A DNA stretch of 64,000 bases from Azolla caroliniana (Eukaryota > Plantae > Polypodiophyta). The notes under the pieces were generated by a model. That model did not search any database and was not told the origin of the DNA. It worked only from the letters and a program-made list of their open reading frames with translations. The stretch is taken from the NCBI GenBank assembly GCA_043228905.1, contig JBHGNT010000008.1, forward strand, positions 620,001-684,000, read 5' to 3'. Both the position numbers and the translations under genes were made by a program. This document shows, in pieces, positions 10,029 to 23,749 of the stretch (positions are counted from its first letter, which is position 1; the number at the start of each line of letters is the position of its first letter).

Positions 10029-11880
10029 TTTTATGTATATTGAGATATAGTTTAACTTGCATGTGGCAGAAATGTAGATAAATGAAAATGGGATTTGATG
10101 TATACCTATGTTTTGATATGTGCTTTCTGTGAGAAATGGTTTTGAATTTATTTACGAGATTTGTATGCTTTGCATTGTTATTTCTAATGAGCTACGGGAT
10201 AAATGGCATGTGGCATTATGTAGAAAATGCCTTAAATTTGGATCTCAAGATAACGTTTCACATATCTTTGCATTCCAATTATCAAGTTTCAAATTGCATT
10301 CAATCATTAGGGAAAAGATGATGCAATTTCCTGATGTTTCATAATGGTCTTGTGCATATGTATCTATAATTCTGTACAATACAACACTAAGAAAGAAAGA
10401 AAGAAAGAAAGAAAGAAAAATATGACTATTTCTGGGAAATTGAGCATGGAATGTCAACTGCACTCGGCCATTGGATGTGGATATAATGCTGTACAATACC
10501 ACACTAAGTCTTCATTTTAGGTGGTTAGGTCTTTGGGTGCTTTCAAGTGTCTATTTTTTGAGCTTGCTGGCATAGAGACATTGTGCTTTTGGGCCAGTTG
10601 ATGGAGTGGAGCCTTCGGCAACAATTATCGATGGGAAATTAATGGCACATAAAATCAAACAAGAGGTGGCACAGGAGGTGTTAAAGATAAAAAATGTACG
10701 GGGAGAGGTCCCTGGGTTGGGTATCGTACTGGTTGGAGCGCGTCGAGATTCAACAACACACGTGCGTATCAAAAAGAGAAATTGTGAGGATGTTGGTATA
10801 ACCTTTTCTCAGAGAAACCTTCTTGAGAATTCCCATGAAGAAGAGGTTTTGGAGCATGTCGAAGCATTGAACAGAGACCCATCTGTCCATGGTATTGTTG
10901 TTCAACTTCCTCTTCCCAAGGTATTGAATGATATCATGTGTTAGATGTATCACCATGTTTTAGGCACTATATCTCAGAACCTGTTCCTTGAATTTCCTCG
11001 TGGATATAGCATATAAATGAAGAGAGGGTTCTCACAGCCGTAAGGATAGAGAAGGATGTAGATGGCTTCCACCCTCTGAACGTGGGAACTCTAGCCATGC
11101 AGGGAAGAAGACCATTGTGCGTGTCCTGTTCTTCAAGGGCTTGTTTGGAGATACTAATGCGATCAGGAGTACATATATGTGGTAAAAACATAGTCGTTAT
11201 TGGTCGGAGCAATACAGAGGCCATGCTCATTGCAATGCTTCTACAAGTAAGCATCCATGATTGGGGAATGCATCTTCCATATGTACCATCCTCATGCATC
11301 TCATATTTTGTGCATCATGTTACTCATACGCAACGTTTTGATGGCATGAGTAATGCCTACTTATTGTCCATAATTTCCATTCTTTTTCAAAATCATTTTT
11401 ATATTGCTTTAACATTTTTGATGATGCTTATTGTCCTAACCTGTAGCGGCACCATGCTACTGTTACTGTTGTACACAACTACACACAAAACCCTGCTGCT
11501 ATTACCCGAACAGCTGATGTGGTGATTACTGCAGTTGGCATTCCTCACCTTGTTCGTGGAGACTGGATTAAGCATGGTGCATTCGTTATCGATATTGGTT
11601 TAAATTACATCCATGTAAACAAAGGCACTTTACACATTATCTATTTTTGTGCTATGCGTTTCTTTGAAAATATCTCACTTTCAACTGAATACGTGTTTGT
11701 TTATAGGACCCACATTCCAAGAAAGGATATAGGCTGGTGGGAGATGTTTGCTTCAAAGAGGTCTCTAATATAGCCTCTGCCATAACACCTGTCCCAGGGG
11801 GTATCGGTCCTATGTCTATAGCTATGTTGTTATCCAATACCCTCGAATCTGCTAAGAACAAATTTGGGCTTATCAAGTAA
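9814..11880 (+). CDS. folD: Methylenetetrahydrofolate dehydrogenase/cyclohydrolase (FolD-like), spliced; exons ~9814-9975, 10598-10920, 11010-11246, 11447-11614, 11707-11880; start unresolved
   Basis: Motifs [48 protein letters not shown] and [11 protein letters not shown]. All four GT-AG introns keep phase. The first exon resembles a transit peptide. Confidence 0.88.
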
Positions 11881-13455
11881 ATAGGTAGATAGTAGTACCA
11901 TTGAAGAATCTAACAGAAATAAACAAATGCCTTGTCATATATAAATCTAGCATTGAGCTTGGAAGTTAGCCTGCCACCATAAATTGTAAATTAATGATTT
12001 CATCAACTTGAAATTAACGTCAATATATGAGTGGCATTATCTTTTTTCATCATTGGTGGGATTAACAACTTTATTGAATATGACATTAACTCATCAATTT
12101 GATCAAATAGTACCAACATGCAGTTATGCATTAAAAGCTGTTGAAAAGACCGAAATCTTTATTGGCAGTGGTTAGATACAATTGTTAAGCTTAAGAACAA
12201 AAAAGAAACCACTCATTTTCTATAATTTCTTATGCGTGTGATACTTGTGATGTGGGGTTTCGATGTAAAAGAATGCACTGCTAATACAATTTACAACAAT
12301 TTAGATTTACCAAGGCATGCTCTTTGTCGAGAGTCCATCAAGGCAAAGATATGGAACCAATCCAAGAATCATCTATTTTAGTGATACACAGATATAGGTT
12401 ACCTAAGCATCTAGAGTATCATGGTGTATAGTGGGCAGGTCAACTAGAATGAGGATGAGCCATTCCATTGCATCAGCTCGTCCAGATCTCCTACAATAGC
12501 AGTGAGGTTGAATTCAATCACTTGAGATCTACCTGAGAACACAAGTTTGTATCTATCAAGCAAGGTGTGCAGTTGGGACCTTGAGTAGGTATGTGTGCTA
12601 TATATACTTTGGAGTCAGCAGCTCTAAAAGATCACCTCAAAAATAGCCAAGGCACGTGCAATATTAAGCTCACAAGCGTTAAGAAAATCAAAATGCTTAG
12701 TAAGCATTTCATCATCTTTTCAACCAAAACCACATCATGTATTTGCGTGCTTGACAAAAGCTCAAAAACACCATATGAACATATAACTTTCTTGTGTTAA
12801 GCATTTGAGGTTTGAGCTCTTCACATTTTCATGTGCTAGATATACATGTATGTGTATTGTTCCAATTTTATCAAAAATATGTGTGCATGTCTGTATATCA
12901 AAGGTCATGCACAAGTTCTCTACTACGTCTTTCAGTCCTGTTCAGACAAGCTCCTTCCAGTTCTTAATCTGTTCTAGTATCTGTGTCTCCAGGAACCATC
13001 ACAAACATTTATCAAGAACCCAAGACTGATTACATCTGTAGATGAGCTCAAACTTTGAATCCATTATACGCAGGCATTACGTCGGGATCTTTCTCTTGCA
13101 ATATGTTGAATATAAACAGCGGTGCACCTGCCCTGCTCAGGAAACCACGTAATTAAGCATTTATGTGTACAAACTGCCCAAATAATCTCATCTTGAATTT
13201 GTTTAATTGCTGTAGAAGGGAGTTTCAACCACACCATATTATGGCACTAGATATTGGACATACACTTCATTGTCTACTTATTATGTTTCTACGTTCTAAG
13301 TAGATCTAAAAAGAAACATTGAATATGCCAGAGGATTATTGTACATAGCATTTCATTCAAAGCATGTAAAGTTTCCCTCTCATATGTACTGATGAGGGCA
13401 AATGGACAATTTTTTGAGTTTTGAGCATGTCTTAATATCAGCAACGGTTGACATC

Positions 13456-15480
13456 TCAAATAGACAACAGAAGAATATTCCCATTTGCATCAAGCTGCAC
13501 AATATTCCTTTGTTTATCCTGAGAAACAGCCGCTGGTCTCATGGATTTAACATTTTCTGCAGCTGTATGCATTCCAGCAGCTGTATAAATACTCGCCATG
13601 AGGAAATAAGCTGCAGCACAGTCATTATCTAACTCTATAATCTTAACAAAAGCTAACCTCCCGAGCTTTACATTTTCCCATTTTCTACAAGCACCCAACA
13701 GTACAAGCCAAAGTGGAGACTGATCACAAGATGGCATCACTTTAATCACTGACACTGCCTTGTCAAAATCTCCTGCATATCCATAAACCATAACCATGCA
13801 AGCATGATGTTCTACATTTGGAGTAACACCATATTTCTGTACCATATCCCTGTGTAGCATTTGAATCTCATCCAACAGACCTGCATGACAACATGCACTC
13901 AAAACGCATAAGAGTGTGACTTCATCCGGAGAAAGACCTTCACTTTGCATCCCTTTAAAACACTTCAACGATTCTACGCCTTTCCCTTTTCGAGCATATC
14001 CTGCTATTAATACTGACCAACAGACCACATCTCGTATACTAAGATCCTCTAACACTTCTTGTGCTTTTTCAAGCATGCCACATTTGGCATACATATCCAC
14101 CAAAGTAGTTCCAAGAACAATGTCTTTTTCTAGAAAACCCCTACTCACAATCTCTCCATGAATTTCTTTGCCTTTGTCTATGGCTCCTGTGCTGCCACAT
14201 GCCTTCAGGAGGCACGTAAACATGACTATATCTGGAGAGATCCCCTCTCTCTCTATTTTCTGATAGCATTTGAGTGCTTCATGACCTTGCCCTTGTTCAA
14301 CATATCCTGAGATCAAGGCATTCCAAGCAATGATATTTTGGCAAGGAAGCTCTTCCAGCAGCTTCCATGCTTCCCCAAACAGATTACATTTGGCGTACAT
14401 ATCCACCAAAGCATTTCCAAGTGCAGCATCTTTATTCAGAAATCCCTTATGCATAATATCTAAATGTATTTGTTTGCCCTTATCAATGGCGCCTATGATA
14501 CCACAAGCCTTTAAGATGGAAGGAAAGGTGACCATGTCTGGAGATATCCCCTCTCTTTGCATTTGATCAAAGCAGGTCAATGCTTCCTGACCTTCCCCTA
14601 AGTGAGCATATGCCACAATTAATGTGTTCCAAGAAACTACATCTCGAATCGGAAGCTCTTGAAGCATCCTATGTGCTTTCGCAAGTAAACCACATTTCAC
14701 ATACATATCCACCAAAGCATTACCAAGCACAATATCCTTCTCCAACATGCCTCTATCCAAAACCTCTTCATGGATTTCTCCACCCTTCTCTAAAGCTCCT
14801 ATTTGCCCACATGCCTTTAAGACACAAATAAATGTTACTGCATCTGGAGTGAGTCCCTCACTTTGCATCTGCTCAAAACAGTTCAATGCTTTGTGACCTT
14901 GACCATGTTCGACATACCCTACAATTAGTGAAGACCAAGAGAATACATTTCTCTCAGGAAGTTTGTCGAGTACTAGTTGTGCTTTTCCGAGCAAACCACA
15001 TTTGGCATACATATCTACCAGGGCAGTGCCAAGCACAACATCCTTTTTTAACAAGCCTCTACCCACAATCTCGTTGTGGATTATTTTTCCTTCTTCAATA
15101 GCAACTATGCTACCACAAGCTTTCAAGATAGAGGTAAAAGTGAAAGCATCGGGTGAAATGCCCTCTAGTCGCATCTTTCCAAAACAATCCAATGCTGCTT
15201 GACCATGCCCTTGTTGTGCATATCCGGAAATAAGGGCATTCCAAGAGACAGAATTTCGAGTTGGTAAGTCTTCGAGAACTTGTTTTGCTTTTGAAAAGGC
15301 ACCACATTTTGCATACATATTGATCAACGCACTAACTAGGTATGGGTTATTTTCGAGTATGCCTTGTTTCGGAATTTCGGCATGTAATTTAATGCCTTGT
15401 TGAAGGTCTTTTTTCTTTGCACAAACCTTGAATAAGGCAACGAATGCACGATAATTGTGATGAAAGCTCTCTTTGCCCAT
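13456..15480 (-). CDS. PLS-class pentatricopeptide repeat protein with E domain, truncated in E+, no DYW
   Basis: 674-aa single-exon ORF with repeated ALVDMYAKCG / VVSWN.LI.GY / PD.VTF..LKAC units and an E-domain tail (LVLLGACRKW...AAYFLMASIY). Confidence 0.92.
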   Translation of the reverse strand: MGKESFHHNYRAFVALFKVCAKKKDLQQGIKLHAEIPKQGILENNPYLVSALINMYAKCGAFSKAKQVLEDLPTRNSVSWNALISGYAQQGHGQAALDCFGKMRLEGISPDAFTFTSILKACGSIVAIEEGKIIHNEIVGRGLLKKDVVLGTALVDMYAKCGLLGKAQLVLDKLPERNVFSWSSLIVGYVEHGQGHKALNCFEQMQSEGLTPDAVTFICVLKACGQIGALEKGGEIHEEVLDRGMLEKDIVLGNALVDMYVKCGLLAKAHRMLQELPIRDVVSWNTLIVAYAHLGEGQEALTCFDQMQREGISPDMVTFPSILKACGIIGAIDKGKQIHLDIMHKGFLNKDAALGNALVDMYAKCNLFGEAWKLLEELPCQNIIAWNALISGYVEQGQGHEALKCYQKIEREGISPDIVMFTCLLKACGSTGAIDKGKEIHGEIVSRGFLEKDIVLGTTLVDMYAKCGMLEKAQEVLEDLSIRDVVCWSVLIAGYARKGKGVESLKCFKGMQSEGLSPDEVTLLCVLSACCHAGLLDEIQMLHRDMVQKYGVTPNVEHHACMVMVYGYAGDFDKAVSVIKVMPSCDQSPLWLVLLGACRKWENVKLGRLAFVKIIELDNDCAAAYFLMASIYTAAGMHTAAENVKSMRPAAVSQDKQRNIVQLDANGNILLLSI

Positions 15481-15627
15481 CTTTTGCTCATGTTTTTTTT
15501 TTCTTATACGGAAGCCTCCTTCTCCTTATTTAACCATAAAAAAGAAAACTTGCTTCTAGGATTTTAAAACGAAAAAGGATTGTGAGATAATCGGATTCTT
15601 CCCTTACTGTCGAGATCGTTTCACCAT

Positions 15628-16310
15628 AGGCAAGAATGATAAAAAGTACCCTTACCTTTTGCACCTGGCTTTCCGTTTCTAAAAAGTACCAAAAGACCCT
15701 TCAAAATTAACTAGGCCTAATCAGACATTAATTTGGTTCTAATTACATTTTGTTTTCTAATGAAAGTTTACCAAGTGATCACCAATTAGTCTGCTGCATA
15801 ACTATTTAGATTATTGATCGTGAATTATTTAATCAACTTATCAATTGCTATTTAATCAATAAATTAATCCACTTGTTTTGGTAATGTTTGAAACCACAAG
15901 TGTATATACATACATATGTATATGGGAGTAAATTGGCAAAGGTAATGGTATAACAATGATTTTCCCTACATTTAATCACATAAGGGAAATTACAGGTAAT
16001 GACCCCATGTTTTGCGTAATATCAAGACTGCCCCTTATAATTTTGGAATTGTTGAATTATACCTTTGGTATCATCTATCATCAAACTAATCCACCTTTGT
16101 GGCTAGTAAAAGTCTAGCTCTTTCACACTAGATGAAAAATCAAAGAAATAAATGTGTAAATTTGTTAGCTAATAATAAAACGATTTGACTTTGACAATTG
16201 CCACCTTGCCCTTTAAAATTTTTATAGAAATAAAAATTGAGTGGACATTTGCGGGGTTGAACATTTGCCACCTTGCCTTTTTTTATAGAAATAAAATTTG
16301 AGTGGACGTT
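15628..16310. mobile_element. Possible decayed Mutator-like TIR remnants plus a ~70-bp direct repeat (16198-16310)
   Basis: GGCAAGAATGATAAAAAGTACCC... and GGGAAATTACAGGTAATGACCCC... resemble MULE TIR starts, but no partner TIR was found. TTGCCACCTTGCC...GAGTGGAC occurs twice. Confidence 0.3.
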
Positions 16311-16699
16311 TGATCAACAATATTGTTGTCAACCATTTACTGAATTTGTCTTTCCTTGTCTAACTAATTGCGACAACTATGCACTCCCTTTTACCATAAG
16401 ATGAACGTGGCACAAAGATTATGCTCAATTCCCTAGGAGAACATATCATATTTTTCCAAGAATTTTAAAGAGTAGAGCAAAAGCACACTTACTTGTATGT
16501 TCCATTCATTCTTTACCTTTTAGTTTATTACACAAAATTGAAGGAACATGAGCACATCAACAATCTATAAACAAGCACATGGGCAAAGAATTTCATTGCG
16601 GATATTTCACACAAGAATCAATTGCGTGAGGGAGAGGAGAAAAAGGAAAAGAACTATAATTACTACTCGATGAATTAATCAAAAGCATGAAGGATTTTC

Positions 16700-19176
16700 C
16701 ATTGCGATTCGCCAAGTTAGAAAAGCTAAAAGATTAAGTCCATAAAAGCCTAAGGCAGGAAAAAAAGAAAACTTCATTTGTCGATGCATATAGTGTAATA
16801 ACACCAAACATTAGAAGATGTATTACACGAGTCATTCATCAAGTAGAGCTTGATAGAAATCTGATTTTTTGTGAAGATAGGAAGATTCATCTATCCGAAA
16901 CTCGACAACTCTCCGATTCAACTTTGGAAAAGGGGGGAATGACAAAGTTAATGGAGGATGCGGAATCCAAGAGGATACAAGCAATTTACTACTTGGCAAT
17001 GTATGGGTTGAAGGTAGGTGGTCCTCTATTGGTAATGGCTTCTAGAATAAGATGATTAATACTTTCAAGTATACGAAAAGTTTAACTAGACAACTTAAAG
17101 AAATTTGACAATGAAATTCAAACTAGCACTAGGTGAAAGGACCAAGTAAACACATTCACAATGTTCATAGAAGTTGTCGGGGTGAACAACACCCATGATT
17201 CAGTCAAGTAGAGGTGAAGCAAAAAAAACAAACGAAGTTGTTCCTTCTCAAAGACCAAAAACTAAAGAGCAAAAGAAGTGAAACAAAGAAAATGGCAAAA
17301 CAAAAAGCAACCTCGAGATTCAAGTTAGCCTCAGACATAGAGATTTTTGTCAACATAAGAAAGATTTAAGAAATTAGAATCCTTGGTGGTAAGGTAAGGC
17401 TTACTATAAAGGAACTATTACGAATCACGAAGAAAGAATTTCATGAGGTAATAATTGATGCAATCCACAGAAAGAATCAAGTGGTAGATGAAGCTAGAGG
17501 AGTTTAATGTAGTTAAAATCCAAGAAGATGTAGATGAGAACATTGCACTATTAGTTAGAGTAATGCGTTGAAATAAATATATCAATCAAGAAGAAGACAA
17601 GGACCACTACACTTGAGCTCATTGAGTTGGGGTGATGATAGAGACCCACATCAAGAGCCGAGAAGAAATGGAATCATGTATTGCATTGATGGGCCATGGT
17701 TTTGAAATTAATATATAATGTCATCTAACTTTTACAATCATGGGAAATGGCCTATTGAGAAAAACCATGGATGGGAAGTCACTGCGCCAATTGAAGCAAC
17801 TGAAGATCTTTGTGGAGCATGCATGAACATTAAAGTAACTTTAAGGGAGTGTTTCTGTATATCATATATTCTTTGTTCAAGAGAAGTCTTTCTATTCGGT
17901 CATTTTGGCTTCGGCATATATTTGCATTGCACTAAGAATGGAAATGAAGGTGATAGACAACAGATCAACGTTCGCACGGATCAAAAGCCAAGATGAAAGA
18001 AGGTTAGTTCAATTCCTTTCCATTCTATTGAAATATGGGCGTAATAAAGGCACCTTTATGACCATCTACTGTAGGAATCTGAAGACTTTCTCAAGGATTT
18101 TTAGATCGGACCTCTACAACAAGGGCTTGATACAACACGAATAACAATAAAATCCCCTAGGTTCAAAGAAAAACTAATGGAGATGTGTGCAACGTCAAAT
18201 AGTAGCGCTACTTTAGTGATTATTACTAACAATAAGGTAGTAAATGATTTCTAAAAGTAGAAGTATGGTTGAAGATTATGAGAGTGTCTTGTGAGGAGTT
18301 TAATGTTGCTATAGAGGGGTTGTGATGACCTAAACCACAAATCAAATTCCCAAGGTTTGAATAAGAAGTAAAGGAGATTTGTATGGAGCGTCAACTAGTG
18401 GCACTACCATAATGATTAATAATAATAATAATAATAATAATAATGTACATTAAATTATTTACAAAGTAGAAGTGCGGTTGAAGATGATGAGTGTCTTAAA
18501 TGTGTTCGAGAAGTTTAATGCTAAAGATAAACCTTGAAGGTCAAGATGAAGACCAATACGACCGAACTTGCACAACTAGTATGCAAGATTAGATAGGGTG
18601 GGTATCGTGATGCAATTGCTTTATGATATCAAAACAAAGCAGTACTGAAAATGCCATGTTTGAGGTTCAAACTCATAATCTCACATATCAGCCACCATCA
18701 AATAATTTTACAAATACATAAGTATCATGGCTATCATGCATCACATGTTAACACATGTGTCAAATGGCAATCTCACATCACATACATTGCATGTATCGCA
18801 TACATCACATGCACTCTTATTGGAACACTTATTTTTGGAAGGAATCAAAACATCTAGGCATCAAGAAAAATATGTTAATTTAATAATCAATAGATTAAGC
18901 TAGCTTATTAGGAAATGTTTTTCATCTCTCAAGATCAATGTCAAGGATTTGAGCCGAACTTTGGCAAAGATTCTTTAATTATTGTAACTTTGGTAAATAA
19001 AATATTGTATTCCCAATTTAATAACATATTTTTGTGATATACAATTTCAATTCAGTTTCTTTAATCCTATACTATCTCTATCTCTTGTATATGATCTTCT
19101 TTCTCCCTTTCCTTTATGAACTCTCCTTGTTCATAACCTTGCTGGTTCGATGCATCGATCATGAACTCTACGACTA
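16700..19176 (+). mobile_element. Old, degenerate Phygy-like Gypsy: gag-protease remnants plus 3' LTR (~18603-19176)
   Basis: Homologous to the gag/AP of 20846-21860 and 35961-36608 (FKLASDIE, KEFHEVIID, GKWPIEKNHGW). A PPT-like AGGGTGGG is followed by a decayed LTR sharing a CATG-rich block with the LTR at 31346-32495. Confidence 0.7.
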
Positions 19177-19703
19177 CTGAAAATCCTCAATGAGGGGTTT
19201 TCAAATAGGCATCGAATACAAGTGATATAGAGGGTTTACATATAGGCAACTTACACATCCAAATACACTTAATGGGTGCTCTAAAATAAATGTCGCGAAA
19301 CCATACCATGCTATGGATCTATTTCATTTCCTTTCCAACACAACTAGGCTAGCATTATGAGTTAACAAAAATGACAATTTGCAACTTGCCATTAGCACAC
19401 TCCCGAAAATTTTTATTCCTTCTTCCATGTAGCCCTATTTCATTTGATAAGACGCTTGTTAGGGTTCTATTAAAATTGATGTCCTCTTTCTATACATGAC
19501 AAAAAATAATTTATGTGAATTATTATCTCATAAAAATATATAATTTGGCCTACTATAATACATATGTTGAAAAAATGATATTGCTAAAAGAGAATCCATT
19601 AGAGATATGTGAAATGACACATTTCCCAATCAACTTCTTTATGGTTTATGTATCTTATTCTTTAGAATTATTGTCTTTAAATGCTTGTTTAGACTTTATT
19701 CTT

Positions 19704-20830
19704 TGTTAAAAAAACATGCCATACTCCCTTGAGCATGGTGACCACCATATGTCATACATGGATATGCTCAAAAGTTAAAAAAAATATCGTGGTTAGCCCA
19801 AGATAGTGGCATATGTTTTGCATCATAGTGTGTAGAGTGTTCCTCATCATTGAGATGTCGATTACGGCATGCAAATAATTAAATGTGTGATTATGTGTAG
19901 TGAATTAGAAATGTGTACGCGTGCGCGCACGTGTGTGTGTGTGGACGTATGGAGAGAAAAGGTAGACACCAGATAGAAAGCAAAAAAACAAAAAGCCATA
20001 TATTCACAAGAAAGAGAAATAGTCAACCTAATACAAAGGAGGAGAGAGGGATGCTTATATAGTTACCCTCTCTCTCCCTACATTCTCTTACTATAATGGT
20101 CACTCTCTTGTAACTAGAAACGTGGGACGCTTTAACTAGCCCATAAATGACGTGTCATAAGGACACATAATTAATATTACACAATGGTGTGTTTACACTA
20201 GAGTTTGTTGGGCTTGATTCTTAACACGCCCCCTCAAGCTCAACTTTTGGTGCTTGGTTAGTCGGCTTCCGCCTTGGGCTGATTCGGCTCCATTGTTTTG
20301 GCTTTCCTGGTTCAACCCTTCCACTCTACGTCTATCTTTTTGACTGACGTTGTCTAGTCCGATCGTTTGTGTGCCTCTCCCCCTCAAGCTCGGTAATTTG
20401 ACGATTGCCAATCCAAGGTCCATTGTGAATTGTTGAAGCTTGTCGGCTCCTAAGGATGTTGTGTAGATGTTGGTTGTTTGGAGATTTGTGCTGATATGTT
20501 GAAGGTTGACATCTCCAGCTAGGACACATTCTAGGATAAAGTGATAGTGCACCTCAATGTGTTGTGTCCGAGAATGAAAAATCGGGTTGCGAGCAAGATA
20601 GATATTGTTGAGGTTGTCGTTGTAGAGCATGATTGCATCAATTATGGAGACATCGAAATCCTTCAGTATTCTCTTGAGCCATATGGCTTCACATTTAGCA
20701 ACTGTCGCACCTCTGTATTCGGCATCTGTGCTTAACAACGCGGCGATCAACTACTTCTTACTACTTGATATGGCTCTACTGTTGATTGAAAATATGAAGC
20801 CCGAAGTCGATTGTTGGTGGGCTTTGTAGC
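19704..20830 (-). mobile_element. Copia 3' fragment (RNase H, PPT, 3' LTR)
   Basis: AEYRGA...CEAIWLKRILKD, LARNPIFHSRTQHIEVHYHFI. PPT TTGAGGGGGCG is followed by TGTTAAG at 20227 on the minus strand. The left LTR boundary is uncertain. Confidence 0.75.
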
Positions 20831-20845
20831 CAACCGAACCTGCGT

Positions 20846-22417
20846 TTATATACTCTTAATTCTGACTGGAGCCTCGATTGTCGCTTGAGCCCAGTGTGTG
20901 CGGGTGTAATGGCTTCTTTCCTCTTCACGACTACATTGTATGTCGACACTCCATACCCCGGCTAACAATGCAGTCTCCATATCTTCATTTTCCTCCCATA
21001 TCATGATGGTATTCACTCCACCCGTTTCTTCAATCACTTGTCTTTTTCTCCGGATCACATCGATGATCACTTCATGGAATTCCGTCTTCGCGATCCCTAG
21101 TACTTCTCGTAGTGTTAACTTGACTTTACTGTCGAGAATCCTAGATTCGAGCACATGCTTTAGGTCGGTGGATGTTTCTATGTCGGAGGCGAGTTTGAAT
21201 GACGGGGTGAGCTTCTGCTTACCTTTGTCTTCTCTCATCACCTTCGCAACAACTCGTTCTGTTTCCCGTCTCTTTTGCTCTCGGGTCTCGGGTTTTCTCG
21301 AAGGACCCGCTTCTTCAATTCTCCTTCTTCTTTCTTTGATTGTCACCTCATGGGCATTCACCCCTGCTATCGTAGTGAGTGAATCTACTAGGTCATTCCA
21401 CCCAGTACTACTCATGATCTCATCACCAACCTTTCATAAGTCCTGTGCTTGGACTTTTTTGTCATTAGCAGATTTTATCACTTTTCCCTAGAACCCCGAT
21501 CCAATCTAGGGATTATCAACCTTCAATCTAGAGGTAGTCGAAAAGTACATTGCTTGAACATTCTTCGACTCTTCATCCTCCATCACTTTCTTCATCCCAC
21601 CTTTGCCGAAGTTTGTTTTTAGGGGTTGTCGGGTCTCCGAGGATTGGATTCTCCCATTTTGATAGAAGATAACACTTCTTTCTAATGTTTCCTTATGGCT
21701 TTGACAATCCCTTTTTTTTGTGTTCTGTGCTATCGCACCATATGCATCGCCCATGCATCGGCGGACGAATTCACCCTTTCCCCCTTCATTGGGCTTTTGT
21801 CTTACACTCGAGCTTTCACCCTTCTCAACCTTTGTAAACTTGAGTTGTAGATCCCCCATTCCCTTTATCAGCTCATCAATCGTTGACTCTGGCTCCTTTC
21901 ATTTGCTAACATCCATTCGGGTTCCTGATTCGTGTTTTGGATGTTCTCTGGCTATTGTCTTTATTCGGTTGTCACAACCATCCTCCATCCTTAACGCTCT
22001 TCTTCTTAGTACTCGACAAGCCTCGGGTACCTTTGGAAATTGGACACCAAACCGGTTGTACTTGTCCGATCCTCTCTAGAAGAATGGTGATATCTTTTCT
22101 AAAAGATTTATCTGCCTCAAACAAATAGATCCACCTTTTTTGACTGTAACAATTCTCGATCTCTTACCAAGAGCTCATTATATCTTTTCTCGAACTCCCT
22201 CAGCAACTCTGAGACTGAGAGTCCTTTACCCCCTTTCTTAGTCCATTCAAGAAAGCTTTTCTTTGATGTTCTGGTCCGATCTTCTAACATATATTTATCA
22301 AGTAATGCTTGACGGAACCCGACCCAATCTTCATGAATTTTTTCAGACAATTATGTTACCCTTGCTCGGACATCAAGTGTGCAGACCCGGTTGATATGCG
22401 ACACCATTATACTCCGG
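20846..22417 (-). mobile_element. Phygy-like Gypsy gag fragment, truncated at both ends
   Basis: ORFs 22117-22350, 21506-21859 and 20846-21415 are homologous to the gag of the 34077 and 61342 elements (RILDSKVKLTLREVLGIAK, HYTRTHWAQAT). Confidence 0.8.
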
Positions 22418-23749
22418 TGTCGTGAAAAATCCGTCACTACGTGCGGATCGTGAGGCGGAACCGCCGGGGTCCTGGACTGGAAGGATTCGAAGTTTGCACT
22501 AGCTTTAGCGAGAAAGGATTTAAGAGAGATTGAAAGAGATTGATATGGAGAGAGAGAGAGATTGAGATTAAACCCTTGACTTTAGATTTGAGAGACAAGA
22601 TACATCACCATTAGGATAACTTGTTGTTATTATTATTATTATTATTATTAATTTCTTCCCAATTTCTTCATTCGTCCCAAGATATTAAACTAATATAAAA
22701 TAGTATCTTCACTATTATTATTTCATATTGTGTGTGAAGAACCACACTTGATTTTGTACATTCCATGCAATTTTCACACCGTTGCCGAAAATCTTCACAA
22801 CATCCACCCCCACCAAACCGCACGTCCTCCGGTACGTGCCAAGAAGAGAGAGTGTGCGATTTCAGTTATGGTGATTAATCAGATTCCTCCATGTTCTCGT
22901 TCACATAACTCAAGTTTGTAGGTTCAGTCCTACTATCTTCATCGTTGAGGTGATCGAGGTCAGGATCCTCGTCTTGTCTTTTCTTGAAAATTTTTACTCT
23001 TTTTCGCGCAATGGGTATGGCCAACCTTGATCCGTCTAGCTTCGCAAGGTGGTATGTGGCATTATCATTGGCACTTGTCACCACATATGATCTGAACCAT
23101 CTTCTTGCGAACTTTCTTGTTGTTCTGTGTTGATTGTCAAGGCTGTTGTTGTAGACCAATACCCAATCTCCTTCTTCGATCTTCTTGGGATGCAGTCGAT
23201 GTGTCTTGTCGAACCGAATCTTGTTCCTCACTTGGTCTGCCTCCATTATATTGCGTGCTTTTTCTAAATCTTCAAGCCTTCTTTCAAGCTGCCTTATCTG
23301 TGCCGCTAAAAATTCTTCTCGGCTCATCTCGTTCTCCCATGGTATCGCTACCCATGAGGCAATTGTCCTTTCGATGGGCATTACCGACTTCTGTCCATAC
23401 ATAAGCTCTGTTGGCATATACCCTGTCACTGAACTGTGTGTAGTTCTGTTGGCCCACAAGGCATAGGGTAATAGTTGTGGACAGTTCCCGACTCGACCAT
23501 TGCATGCTCGTATGATGGCTTTGACGATTGGTCCATGCCCTCGCTCAATCTTCCCATTCGCTTCTGGATTGTAGGCAGTTGTGAGGGAGAGCCAAGGCCC
23601 GTCCTTCCACTTGATTTGTCAAGTCTTCTCTTGCCAGAACTAAGTACTTCATTTGTCCCACTCCCATTGGCATCGAGACCAGATCCACCATCCATTTGAA
23701 GTGTATGGTGAGTGGGTATGTCGGCTGTAAGTCATGACGATGACGTATG

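Noticed and set aside
12300-13450. DYW deaminase exon downstream of the PPR gene
   Set aside because: No HxE or CxxC motif seen in the frames I read; a formal HMM scan is still needed.
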